Part shown: positions 35,492 through 47,749 of the stretch, in pieces | How positions within the stretch are numbered: position 1 is the first letter of the stretch | Layout: every line of letters begins with the position of its first letter | Source: Malacoraja senta | Lineage: Eukaryota | NCBI GenBank assembly: GCA_038087875.1 | Contig: JAXLNO010005827.1 | Location: 186,001 to 242,369, forward strand | Direction: 5' to 3' | Length of the DNA: 56,369 bases | Translations under genes and position numbers: made by a program | The notes under the pieces: model-generated | What the model saw: the letters and a program-made list of their open reading frames with translations, nothing else | Databases searched by the model: none | What the model was told of the DNA's origin: nothing

Positions 35492-37083
35492 ATGGAGGAG
35501 AGAATCTCCTCTTATCTGTTTTAAAAGATCAATCTCACCAAACAATGGGTGATAGCACTTTTGGCAGCACAGCAGCCTGCAGCAGCTGCAGCACAATGGA
35601 CGGAAAGCAAATGGTATAATAAAGGGCAGGAAAAGGCAGTTTGGCTAGCGTGCCTATCACAGCAGGTAGCCAAAATGGAGAGACAGGTAGATAGTCTGGA
35701 AGAGCAACTGAGAAAAGCTAGGGCCAGCGTTGAGGAAAGCGCTAGAGATGGGGAAGGGCTATATGAGGAACTCAGTGGAACCAGGCAGTGTATCTTGCAG
35801 GCTAGGGAGTCCCGCAGAAATGCCCAGGAATTCCTCCAATGCCAGGCGGTAGAGGCAAAGGAGAGGGAACGGAACGCCCAGGAACTCCTGGCTCAGAGTA
35901 CACAGAGGTACAGGGAGCTGGAGGGAAAGTTCCAAGATATCCAAGAAAGTTCCAAGATATCCAAGCAGCATACCGGGTGAGCTAGGGGATTGTGATCACG
36001 GGCCTTGCCAGGCAAGGATAGCGCAGCTGGAGGAGACTCTGTCCAAGACTAGGGGACGGGTTCACCTGGTAGGACCAGGGGGGTCCCCCGGGGGCAGAGG
36101 GCTTCCCTCAGCAGATGATTCCCCAGGGGCAAAGGGGAATTGACCGCCTCCTGAGGCGCCGGGAATAGGTCCGGGTCGGCAGGTGGGGTTCGGGTTGTCC
36201 GGGGAGGGACAGGCCCAAGGAGGGGCGGGAGAGCACCCTCGGTTAGCGGCATCTGCGCCATGTGTAGCACACCACGAGGTGGTGGGGTTACCGATCATGT
36301 TGGGAGAGCAGGGGGTAAAGGGGCAACAGCCCCGGGTAGGGCCGATGTGCCCGGTATGGCAAAGGAAATATGGTCCCCCGGTAGGGCAGGCAGATAGGGG
36401 GCCCATAGAGAGTGATATCATCATTCCCCATGGGGCACGTGCTGAGGGGGATGGTGGCTCACGTTCCCAGGTTAACCAGGGCGGGAGACCGTCATTGCAT
36501 TTTATGGAGGTGCAGCAGGCAGCCGATATAAACGATTGCGATGAGGTAGAACGGGTAAAGCTACTATTGATGACCCTGGATTCATACCAATGCAAGGCAG
36601 TGACCTCCAGGGAAGGGGGAAGACCTGAAACATGGCTAGCGGCACAGACAGCGGTTCTGGAGGCCATGGGGTTGAATCAGGGTAGTCCTTTCGCCAGGGT
36701 GGGGGAGACGAAGCAGCAGGTAGCTGAGTCCCCGGACATGTTCGCAGACAGACTGTGGGCAGTGTATGAGGGAGCGTGTGGGACGCCTTTAGATAGGCGG
36801 AATTTAGATGAGAGAACAGCCCACTGGCTGAAGACTCTGGTAGCGAATTGCCTCCCGCGAGTTAGGGCAAAGGCCGAGCACTGGTTCGACCCAGTGGACC
36901 CAAACCTTAACGAGGCAGAGGTAATAAGGAAGCTCACCCTTGCGTATCGCAACGGGGAGAGAAGTGAGGAAAAGCCCTTTAAGGGCAAGGTGCACAATAT
37001 AGCACCGGCACCCCCCAAAAGGAGGGAGTGGAAACAGGAAGGCAGCCGGACCTCCTCCGAGATGAGGCGGTGTGCTACGGGTG
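35492..37083 (+). pseudogene. gag: Inner element gag (coiled coil, capsid-like region, start of zinc knuckle)
   Basis: ATG 35492 is in frame with ORF 35549-35980 (coiled coil). ORF 36183-37094 has KQQVAESPDMFADRL (MHR-like). VCYGC is cut at the deletion junction. Confidence 0.75.
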
Positions 37084-37338
37084 TCTTAGTTTAAAACATA
37101 AGTTTAGTTACGTATTATGTAGTGTTGGTGAGATTCGATCTCTCATTTGTTTAATAAAGCCTGTAAAATTTAGACTTGCTTTGAGTCCGTCTTGGTTTCT
37201 GTTTTCTCTCATCAGCACGCTCTGGTCAAGTCAACCTTTTATCATATCCCAGCATAATTCCGAGGTCTAGAACCTAGGGGAACCCCTTTTTCAGACAGTT
37301 GGGCCCGAAGTTGAGTAAAGGGAACCAGAACCCCTACA
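37084..37338 (+). repeat. Partial 3' LTR of the inner element
   Basis: Near-identical direct repeat of ~35162-35417. Confidence 0.92.
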
Positions 37339-37342
37339 ATAG

Positions 37343-38018
37343 TATGGGAGATCAAGGGGCTAGAAGGAAGGTTCCGCTGAAATGGAAACCAAAATTAATT
37401 AGAAAATCCAGTAGTGGGAAAGTGAAGGAATCCTTCCTGAAGTACAGAGACAGAACAAATAGCTTTTCTGAGGGTGAGACAGCAGGAGGATACAGAGGAA
37501 TTGATCCTGACATTGATAATATTATTATGTCGGAGCAATTCCCTGATCATGGGGGTATAGAATGGATTCCCCGTAGGCAGTTCGTTTGTAGAAAGCTGCC
37601 TACTCCACCTTTGGTATTAAGTTCCGCAGTAGGTGTAAATGTCTCCCTAGCCACAGACGTTCACACTTTAATGCAGCCTGGTCCAACGGCAGCTCAGAGA
37701 CCTATATTAAAAATTCAATAAAGGGAAATAACTATGGAGGAAGACAAGGAGGAGGAGGATCTCAAAGCTTGCATAGATTTGCCATTCCGAGAGCCGACTT
37801 TTCCGCGGTTTGGCTGGAGAGGATATAGGGTTTTCCGACCAGATCAGTGCTACAACTGTGGGGAATTGGGACATTGGAGTCGATCGTGTCCTGTGAGGGA
37901 GTACTACCGAGAAAGAAGGGGGCAAAGAAGAGGGCCACGGGGTTTCAGAAACCAGTGGATTCCAAGAGGTTACCGGGACACTTGGGACCCCGAGGATAGA
38001 GGACAAGGACACTGGTAA
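37343..38018 (+). pseudogene. gag: Outer ERV gag C-terminal part with CCHC zinc knuckle
   Basis: Reading resumes across the TSD (PPVVDS|MGDQG). ORF 37734-38018 has CYNCGELGHWSRSC and an Arg/Gly-rich tail. Confidence 0.75.
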
Positions 38019-38844
38019 GGAGATCAGGGGGCAGGGACATTTTGGCAATCGAACCCATTTCTTTAGCCCTAACCTGCCAGTTAAATACCATCTATTAAAT
38101 CTGAAGGCGTCCTCACATGGCCCCAAAACAGCAATAAAAACCAGTAAGAACATCACCCCCTTCCAAATCCTGGGAGAAGACACAAAGAATCCAATTATCG
38201 AGAACCCTCAGTGAAGAAAGGACTATGGGAAAGGGAAATATAATAGCTGGTGTGAGAAGGAATGGGAACTAAGGAGAAGAAATGGCACTAGGGAGAGAAG
38301 AAACAAACTTATTGTGCAGGAGGTGCGGGAGTGGTGAAATGAATTATTATACTAACTTGTTACTGAGTTTGTGCCTACAGGAGAGTATAATCAACAACAT
38401 ACTATCTGGGGAGTAAGATAAAGAATATACAGACCCCTTGAGAATGGACAGAATACAGCAAAGGTAGTGTAGTCCCCAGAAACAGGAATCAACAAGCAAG
38501 AGGAAACAATACTGTCCTGTCCCTTTAAGACAAATCTGGGAAGGCCAACAGATAGTGAAACTGCTCCTCAGTATCCCTATTCCCTCGAAACTGACATCAG
38601 GAAAGAAGAAGAAGCAAACCTACCCTAGTGCCCAACTTTAACTTCATCTAGCATTTGACGCCAGTGAAGGAAGGAAAGTAACACTATCTAATCTTTCTAA
38701 CACCGACAACCTATGACGACTATTGTAGCAAGCTCCACTTTGAAGAACTGAATTTGAATAAAAGACATTCCTCTTTGGTTTGGGGTAAAACACTTAATTT
38801 GTGTCTAAATTATGATTATTAGAAATAAATTAATATAATTTTGA

Positions 38845-39067
38845 CGCTATAACTTAGACGCTTCTCAAAAAACAAAACTGAAAGAAATTCCAAAACATCA
38901 GCTACTTCTGCCTTAAAGTAGTTCACGTGTGCATCCTTACAAAACGTTTCCCATTGTTTTATGTAGGTAGAATATTGCCTTCTTGTGCCATCTCGCCAAG
39001 CTGCAGTGATCAAGTCAACGGTCCTGCTGGTTCGTCCTATTCGCTCGAAAGGTCTTAAATCCTGCAA
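38845..39067 (-). pseudogene. DIRS tyrosine recombinase N-terminus (catalytic part missing)
   Basis: AAWRDGTRRQYSTYIKQWETFC...VLEFL...LSYS. Confidence 0.75.
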
Positions 39068-39831
39068 ATTAATAAATCAATGCGATCATGCAGTGGGTGA
39101 GGTGCCCGAGTGACAATTGTTCGTGTCTGTGAGCAATCAAAGGAGCTTCCTTCAGTAGTCCTTTTAACAATGGGAACCATGGTTGAGTAGGCTAGTTTGG
39201 TACTACTATCATTCCTGATAACTTGTCTTGAATTATCTTTTGCAGGCATCTTCCGATAAGGCAGAATGGGGGGAAAAGCATAAAATGATAATCCACCCTT
39301 GTCCATAGAAAACACATCTACTGCTTCTGCCCCTGGATCTGCTTGCCAGGCTACATGCCTTGGTACTTGGTTATTAAATCTTGAAGCAAACAGGTCAATC
39401 TCAGGTGTTCCATATCGAGATATTATCTTCTTGAACACTGCCTGATTTAACATCCATTCTGTTCGCTCATTGAATTTTCTAGACCTGGTGTCTGCTTCTA
39501 CGTTGTATCTACCTGGCAGGTGTGCAGCTGACACCCATATTCTTCTCTCTATACACCATGCCCAAATGGACTTTGCCAGTGTATCACATGATAGAGACCT
39601 GCAACCACCCATATGATTCACATACGTTACTGCTGTTGGGTTGTCCAGTTGCAGCCTGACATGCATTTCATGGTCATTCCCACAATACGTTGTTAATGCA
39701 TGGAATGCTGCTAGCATTTCCAAATAGTTGATACCGTACTTATGGCCAAGTCGCATCTCTTCCTCATTCCACCTACCACCACAACTAGAGTTGGTGTCAG
39801 TTGCACCCCAACCTTGTCCACTTAGCATCAC
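39055..39831 (-). pseudogene. DIRS RNase H plus Dam-like N6-adenine methyltransferase domain
   Basis: Motifs GWG, INYLEMLA, LDN..AVTYVN..GG, HLPG..N..AD, then PEIDLFAS and YAFPP. Confidence 0.85.
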
Positions 39832-40930
39832 TTTGTAATGTTATTGTGGGTTTACTCGATAGAATGACCCCTGAACACTCGTATGTGTGCTCAATCCACC
39901 ACTGTAATTCTGATGTCGACTCTGTCGTCAACTTCATATATCTATCAAAATGCCCTTTATTCAATCTTAGGGCCCGAACCTTCTCACGGTCCAGATTTCT
40001 ATAATGCATGGCCCCATATTGTGTGTCTGGGAAGGCAGCTACCATCTTGCCAATCACCATTGCAACCTGCCGTATAGTAGGCATCTTATTTTTGAGTAAA
40101 CCTGTGCATGCCTCTACAATATCCTGTTTCCTATCAGTGGGTAGGGTCACAGACATATCTGCAGAGTTTATGACAAAACATAGATATGTAATAGATTTTG
40201 TCGGCTCCAGCATGGAGTTTCCAGGATGAATAACAAACCCTAGATTTTCTAGGAGTGCCTTGGTTGCTGAAATAGTTAACTCTGTGACACATGATGTCTT
40301 CCCGATAATGAGCATGTCATCTATAAACCCCATGACAATATGCCCTTTAGATCTGAGTCGGGCAAACACTGGCTTTAGGAACTTTGTAAATAGCCTAGGG
40401 CTGAACTCAACCCATTAGGTAGAGCCTTAAAATGCCATAACTGGCCTTGTCAGATAAACTTCAGATATTTCCTGTGACTCTCATGTATAGGTACTGAATA
40501 GTATGCATCTTTGAGATCTATAGAGGCCATAAACAATCCTCTGTAATCAGCTGTTTTGCTGAATTAAAATTTTCCATCTTCAAGTGGTTATATTCCAAAC
40601 ACGTGTTCAGACTCGCCCAATCAAGAATGATTCAGTATCCTCCACTTTTCTTCACCCTAGAAAAGATATTAGAAATATACTCCTCTTGTTCATGGACAGA
40701 CTGCTCAATCACACCCTTGTTGTGTAATTTCTCTATCTCAACTAGGATAGCCATAGTTTCCTCGTTTGACCGTATGAACGGGAATCTTGGCTTCTCTTGT
40801 CGCGGGGGAAATTTGTCAGCCAGAAACTCAATCTTGTAACCATTTATGATTTGTAAAATGAAAGGATCCGAGGTTATCTGTTCCCACCTGTTTTTGATCA
40901 ATCTACCTCCGACTTGAATATCGTCAGCAC
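39797..40930 (-). pseudogene. DIRS reverse transcriptase (disrupted)
   Basis: Motifs VGGRL..WEQITSDPFILQIINGYKIEF, YISNIFSRVKK, IDLKDAY and FIDD. Confidence 0.88.
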
Positions 40931-41005
40931 ATCTCATGCGACTGATGGAATAATATTCACTTACCTCAACGGCCTTAGGCGGTTGATCAATAGAGTCAGC
41001 TGACC

Positions 41006-42148
41006 CTAGATTTTGTTCTGTCCCCTCCCTTTGGCTCCGGCATCGTGGCCTGCTGGGGGACGAGACTGAGTATGTGGAGTACGCTGCCTCCATGGTGAGC
41101 GCTGTGAACCTGCGCATAAAAATGGCCTCAGGCTTGGTCTTAATTGTGTAGGCCTGGTGCTCCAACCAGCCTCAGAGTAGCGATTTCTGCTGCTAGCTTG
41201 GTAGAGATGATATACACGCCGGTAGACGGGAGTCTTACCCATAAAGGGTGTCTTTACCACACTCACAGCCGCCTTGATTTCCTCTTGCAAGTCTTTTACT
41301 TGCTTGCTCAAGTCTTCTCCAAAGAGATACTTTGCAGACTGCACATTACTAGCCCTGCACAAATGAGCATCTTTAGGGTTGATCTCAGGCCTTATACCAT
41401 CTTTGCGAATGCAATTGAGCTCAAATTGTGCATTACACAGAAGTGCTAATGTGTCTTGCTGCAATTCAGACAGCTGAGTTCCATCCACCGACCTTGCAAA
41501 AACCATAATCCCTCTTGTGAGAAGTCTCTGAACTCGCTGTAGTTTTAAGTCTTTTGACTTTATTTTGCCATTTAGATTATCCCAAATGGTGGCGTTAACC
41601 TTTGGAACATCCAGAGTCTGGCAGTTATCAGGACTAGCATACTTCCCAGCAGTGTCCTGCATATTTTTCTCATTCAGCTGATGAGAAGTCAAGTAACCAA
41701 TGCTCCTTGCCAGTTCTTCCTCTAATGGTTCTCCTATCCCCGAGGGGATGGCAAATTTTGTCGCAAGTGCCGACAGCTCCTTCTTAGGCTTGAACTGCAA
41801 CATATCACCCACTTGTTCAGGGGATTTGAGTTCATTCTCGATTTCCCCGCAGTCAGAGTCTACCATGTAATAATCCTCAACACTCCCCTCCTCTGAGCAG
41901 GAGATATCATAATGCAACCCTGAACCAGGTATTGCTGCCGCAGACATCTGACTGGAACTACCTGTATCGGTTGCCTGTGTGCGGAGCACATTCCCTTTCA
42001 CCAGCCTCTCAATCAGGTTTTCCAATTTTGAGAGCCAACAGATGATATCCTCAATGGATGTTGAGGCAGTACCTTCCTGCCCAGTATTATCCTTTTGGAC
42101 ATTTTTTGCCGTTTTGGCCTTGGCCTGCCCTGAACTCGGGGTTGCCAA
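41006..42148 (-). CDS. DIRS ORF1 (gag-like), open over 380 aa
   Basis: PDNCQTLDVPKVNATIW...DLKLQRVQ...LFGEDL pattern of DIRS ORF1. Lies upstream of RT. The true start may be further 5'. Confidence 0.75.
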   Translation of the reverse strand: MATPSSGQAKAKTAKNVQKDNTGQEGTASTSIEDIICWLSKLENLIERLVKGNVLRTQATDTGSSSQMSAAAIPGSGLHYDISCSEEGSVEDYYMVDSDCGEIENELKSPEQVGDMLQFKPKKELSALATKFAIPSGIGEPLEEELARSIGYLTSHQLNEKNMQDTAGKYASPDNCQTLDVPKVNATIWDNLNGKIKSKDLKLQRVQRLLTRGIMVFARSVDGTQLSELQQDTLALLCNAQFELNCIRKDGIRPEINPKDAHLCRASNVQSAKYLFGEDLSKQVKDLQEEIKAAVSVVKTPFMGKTPVYRRVYHLYQASSRNRYSEAGWSTRPTQLRPSLRPFLCAGSQRSPWRQRTPHTQSRPPAGHDAGAKGRGQNKI

Positions 42149-42579
42149 ACTGCTCCCTTTTGGAGCTGTTGCAGAGGTTGTTGTGCAGGCTGCGCCTGCC
42201 AGCGTCTCCGAGTTTGATACCGACGGCCACCGATCTCTCCCGTCGCCGCGGTTATCTGCCGCTGACTTTTCAGCTGCATGTTTTCCCTTGGTTTTAGGCT
42301 TCTCTATTCTTGGGACCTAAACCAACGTCGAAAGCGACAGTTCCCGTGAAACTTACCTTCCGACTTTTAATGCTGTATCGCAGGGAAATCCCGACGTCCA
42401 TTTCCACATCCGAATCTTGCGCCATGCGTCGACGTATTGACGCGCATGCGGGCTGGCGGGTTCTTCACGTAGTCTCGTCACGAGACTTCGAAATAATATC
42501 ACACTTGACTCTTGATTCTCTTGACATCCTTCCTGTAGCTTCATGACCTCAACTGCACTAGTATGATGGCACCCACGGC

Positions 42580-42800
42580 TCCACACATAGTGGAATACAC
42601 TAATCTTTAATGAGCCAATTATTTCCCTAATTGCCTGCTTGCTGTTAATATACTTATAGAATATGTTATAGAATCTCTTACAGAATCTCTTGGGATGCTC
42701 TTTTACCTTTTCTGTTAAATACATATCCTCTTTGTGACCTCCAACTTTCCTTATTAAGATACTGCTTCGTCCTTTGCACTTCTCAAAGGGATTTTACTTA
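42580..42800 (-). mobile_element. Old CR1 fragment
   Basis: KVKEHPKRF...YKYINSKQAIREIIGSLK resembles the CR1 EN-RT linker. Confidence 0.6.
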
Positions 42801-45764
42801 CTTGAAAATCCATGTCTGAGGATTGTGTAAAGGTGTGAGCGTAGTGGCCATGGGAGGTTTAATTTCAATGAAGCAGGAAGGGGACATGGAGTTTGAAGAG
42901 CCAATACAATGTTGAAGGACAATCAGCCATCTGCAGTATTCAAACAACGAAGGTCATCACTGCCCTCATTGGCATTGCTTTAGGGCCTCTTTTGGCATCC
43001 AAGGAACATTTCAGCACCTTAATTGGCTTTTGCATTATTGATGCTTTAGTCTCAGCACTAAAAAGGAATCACAGACCTCCTGATACATTAAAAGTGAATT
43101 AATTTTATTCAGTTGTAATGTGACTTGGTATTTGCATTGAATGTATTATGTTACCACAAAAGCCATTAAACTGCACAGGGAGAAAAATGCAAGGGGAGTT
43201 CCTGCAAGTGTGATGCAAACATCTCATTGTTTGAATGCAAGTGCTCCAATAATTCAAATGCAATGTGTCTGATTGTTTCATAACCTGCGATGCGGAGCCA
43301 AACCATTGCTGGCCATAAAGGCCATCCAGCTGCTGACCAGAAATTGCAGGGAGGCTTCATACAAGTTACAGATTTACTTACATTTAGAAGGCGGACATCC
43401 ATAAAGGATTTGGAATCACTGCAACATTGTCCACAAAGAGAGATGAAGCTGGCATTTTAATCCTGATGTTCTTATTAAATGGGCTGAATCATGTCTACCG
43501 TGTTGTAGAGATCTTTATTTTATATTCCACAGTCATTGACAACTGCAGCTCAATATAATCAGGGACATATAATGCACAGGCCTATGCAACTCAAAGAGCC
43601 TTCCTTCCATTGTTGTTCACAGAGACCTATGTGAAATCTCAATACCTTTCTGATTGCATGTCAGATTACCTTTGAGTTTTGATTATCCATACACCACTGT
43701 AACTCTGATATTAGGCTTTTCCTGTTCTTTAAACAGAAAAAAAACTGATATCCAACCTTTTTGCCTGTTCTGCATCTTCAGTGCCTATCATATGAATTTG
43801 CCTTTATAATACCTGCCAGTTTATCCACATTATTACATCATGATAAGGAATACACTGCAAAAATAGGTTTATAATGTACATAATGTCCTATGTACTGTAA
43901 GTGCCATTATCCAACATGCATATGAACATTGCTTTTATTTTCCTGAGCAGTGAACAATATTTTAATGTATTGGTCTGTTAATTTATAAAAGGTTTTGTGA
44001 TTTCATCTGCTGGCCATTTGTATCTTTCAACATTTGTATCAGATGATTGAAAATGTTAAGTGATGCTTCTTTCTAAATTTGCTCATGGCATGTGGGATGT
44101 GCTTGGATGGGCAGCGTTCATGCCCACCCCTAGTTACCACAGAGAAGCTGGTGCTAAATCATCTTTATCCCTCACTGACTGTGTGCTGAGGGTATCACTG
44201 AGCACTTGAGAAGCGAGTTCTAGAAATGTAATCTTACGATAATAAAATAACTGCGAAATATTTCTAAATAGGGCAGGGTGCAACATAGAGTGGAGCCTGT
44301 GAACAATATTTACCTGATTCTACCTATGCCCTAATCCTTCTCCACAAGAGAAGTGTGAACAAAGAAACTGAAATTCATTTATAAATACTGTGCACTGTGC
44401 ATTCGTGGCGAATGAGTGTTTGAGAAGGTGAATAGGGTATTAGTTAAGTGTACTACACTGATCAAATGATGTTGAATTTCTTGTTTGTAGTTGAAGCTGA
44501 ACATCCTGACAAATAAATATAATTTTGAAACACTGCTAAATTGTATGTTGGAGGTGATGGAACACCTCAGAGGAAACAGGGAATGTGTCATCCACCAACG
44601 CACAACAACAAGGGATCTTCCTTGATCTTCTCTTGTTGTCTTTGTACCTCCATTGTTTCCAGAAAATGTGCTAGTCAGTGATGATCATATCAGCCATGAT
44701 TGAATGGCGGAGTACACTCGATCGGCCACATGGCCTACTTCTGCACCTATGACTGTGACCCACAAACAATTATCCCATGGTAAATCTATGTACATGAAGG
44801 TGAGTGAAATTCCTGTTATTGGAGGTGACCATTGCTTGGCATTTTGAGAGTTCATATATGACTTGCTATTTTTCTTGTCATGCCTGAGTTTTTCCAGACC
44901 TTATGGCATGCAGGCGTGGACTGTTGTATAATCCAGTATGGAAAAATAAACTGAACTCTGTGCAGTTATCACTAAGCATGACTACTTCTGAAATGATAGA
45001 AAAGGTCACTGTTGAAGCAGCTGAAGAGGTCTGGGTTGAGCACACTGCCTTGAATGAATGATACGTTATTGTCACATGTGACAAGTCACGGTAAGATTCT
45101 TTGTTTTGCATACACAAGGTATGCAAAGAGTCGCTACATAAAGGGCGCTGACAAAGTCACAAAGTATTCCATTTTACACAAACTATTTTTCACACATTCC
45201 ATTTGTGGTCCCCCTTAGTTCTCGGCAGTCCCACCACACCAGGTCCTCCTTTGTACTAGGTTTGGACTAATTGAACTTTAAAAATTGCATCCATCTTCCT
45301 TTCATGTAACGATTCCAACCATTGGAGATTTTGCACCTTGGTTCAAATTAATTTCACTTTTACCAGGGTTCCTCACACCCAGTCGAATGCTTCCTTGATA
45401 CTAAGACCACTTTCTCCTCACTTCTAAAATTCAGCTCTTTGCTCTATAATTTGTAAAGAAAGCCATATTAATGCCCAGAGCAAACCTCAAAATGGAGAAA
45501 ACTATCCACACATACAGCACTACATCTGATAAATCATGCTAAACTTTGGCAACATCTGAAAGTAGGAAAGATATCACACTTAATAAAGGAGGATGTTTAT
45601 TAAGTAGTTCAGGCACATTTGCTGGCATTGTGCTTTGATTTATTTTCTACTAAAATAAATGTTCATTGGTAAATCAGTGTTGCATAGCCATATGTACAAC
45701 ATAAAGACCATTTGTAAAGATTAGGATGCTAAAGGCATAAATGAAAAGATTTGATAGGAGATTT

Positions 45765-45851
45765 TAGTTTTTCTAGTTTAGTTTAGAGATACAGCCCGGA
45801 GACAGACCATTTGGCCCACCGAGTGGACACTGACCAGCGAACCCCGCAGGG
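45765..45851 (-). mobile_element. HE1-type V-SINE 3' fragment
   Basis: TTTAGTTTAGAGATACAGCCCGGAGACAGACC tail. Confidence 0.75.
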
Positions 45852-46396
45852 TAATGGGTCTGTCCCACTTAGGTGACTTTTTAGGAGAGTGCAGGAGACT
45901 CTGCGCTTGCCACATGGTCGCCACATGTTCGCTGGTGGTCTCTGGTGAGTCTCCTTCATGGTCGCGAGGAGTTCCTGCATTCTGGGAACTGGTCGTGGCC
46001 TCAGTATGGTCGCCGCAAATTTTTCAACGTTGAACCAAAAATTGGTCGCCATGGAGATAATCGATAATCCTGTAGTCGTAGGTGCAGTTGTAGTGGGGTC
46101 GCCATGTGGTTGTAGGTAGTCGAGGTAGTCGTAGGTCGTTTTAGTTAATTGCCTTTTCTGATCAGTCATTTTCATTAGCTCATTGGGGAAATAAAACGCA
46201 AGCAGTAGTTTTCAGAACCAAGGATAACCGACCGGTAATGTTAAATGTCTGCCAAACTTCACAGCTGTGTATCTCTGGCTTATTAAAAGTTGTATCCACC
46301 CCTTCTCCCCACCCCACATTCTCCCCCCTTCTCCTCCCCTCTTTTAACGGACTTACTGTACACTGTGCTAGCCGTCTTAATTACAACTCCAATCTT

Positions 46397-47749
46397 AAAG
46401 ATGGGATAGCAGCACATTTGGAAAGTGGTGAAATCATTGGACAAAGTAAGCATGGATTTACGAAAGGTAAATCATGTCTGACGAATCTTATAGAATTTTT
46501 CTAGGATGTAACTAGTGGAGTGGATAGGGGAGAACCAGTGGATGTGTTGTATCTGGACTTTCAGAAGGCTTTTGACAAGGTCCCACATAAGAGATTAGTA
46601 TACAAACTTAAAGCACACGGTATTGGGGGTTCAGTATTGATGTGGATAGAGAACTGGCTGGCAAACAGGAAGCAAAGAGTAGGAGTAAACGGGTCCTTTT
46701 CACAATGGCAGGCAGTGACTAGTGGGGTACCGCAAGGCTCAGTGCTGGGACCCCAGCTATTTACAATTTATATTAATGAACTGGATGACGGAATTGAAGG
46801 CAACATCTCCAAGTTTGCGGATGACACTAAGCTGGGGGGCAGTGTTAGCTGTGAGGAGGATGCTAGGAGACTGCAAGGTGACTTGGATAGGCTGGGTGAG
46901 TGGGCAAATGTTTGGCAGATGCAGTATAATGTGGATAAATGTGAGGTTATCCACTTTGGTGGCAAAAACAGGAAAGTAGACTATTATCTAAATGGTGGAC
47001 GATTAGGAAAAGGGGAGATGCAGCGAGACCTGGGTGTCATGGTACACCAGTCATTGAAAGTAGGCATGCAGGTGCAGCAGGCAGTGAAGAAAGCGAATGG
47101 TATGTTAGCTTTCATAGCAAAAGGATTTGAGTATAGGAGCAGGGAGGTTCTACTGCAGTTGTACAGGGTCTTGGTGAGACCACACCTGGAGTATTGCGTA
47201 CAGTTTTGGTCTCCAAATCTGAGGAAGGACATTATAGCCATAGAGGGAGTGCAGAGAAGATTCACCAGACTGATTCCTGGGATGTCAGGTCTTTCATATG
47301 AAGAAAGACTGGATAGACTTGGCTTGTACTCGCTAGAATTTAGGAGATTGAGAGGGGATCTTATAGAAACGTACAAAATTCTTATGGGGTTGGACAGGCT
47401 AGATGCGGGAAGATTGTTCCCGATGTTGGGGAAGTCCAGGACAAGGGGTCACAGCTTAAGGATAAGGGGGAAATCCTTTAAGACCGAGATGAGAAAAAAC
47501 TTTTTCACACAGAGAGTGGTGAATCTCTGGAACTCTCTGGCACAGAGGGTAGTTGAGGCCAGTTCATTGGCTATATTTAAGAGGGAGTTAGATGTGGCCC
47601 TTGTGGCTAAAGGGATCAGGGGGTATGGAGAGAAGGAAGGTACGGGATACTGAGTTGGATGATCAGCCATGATCATATTGAATGGCGGTGCAGGCTCAAA
47701 GGGTCGAATGGCCTACTCCTGCACCTATTTTCTATGTATCTATGTATCT
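46397..47749 (+). mobile_element. Young 5'-truncated CR1/HER1-type LINE
   Basis: AATCTT duplicated at 46391-46396 and 47750-47755. (TCTATGTA)n tail. Confidence 0.92.
46520..47653 (+). pseudogene. CR1 ORF2 reverse transcriptase, C-terminal 377 aa uninterrupted
   Basis: Motifs YLDFQKAFDKVPH, SGVPQGSVLGP, KFADDTK, LVRPHLEYCVQFW and FFTQRVVNLWNSL. Confidence 0.95.

Larger units (their letters stand above)
34462..37338 (+). mobile_element. Inner LTR retroelement (Gypsy- or retrovirus-like), internally deleted
   Basis: ATAG|TGTAAG ... CCTACA|ATAG gives a 4-bp TSD. 5' LTR 34462-35417, PBS, gag remnant and partial 3' LTR. Confidence 0.88.
38845..42530 (-). mobile_element. DIRS1-like tyrosine-recombinase retrotransposon, 3' truncated
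   Basis: Order is gag-like, RT, RNase H, methyltransferase, then YR N-terminus. Hairpin AGTCTCGT-C-ACGAGACT (42471-42487) in the terminal region. Confidence 0.9.

Noticed and set aside
38468-38792. Possible solo LTR (TGTAGTCCCCA...TGGGGTAAAACA with AATAAA)
   Set aside because: No TSD (GTAG versus CTTA), no second copy, and no similarity to either LTR in the window.
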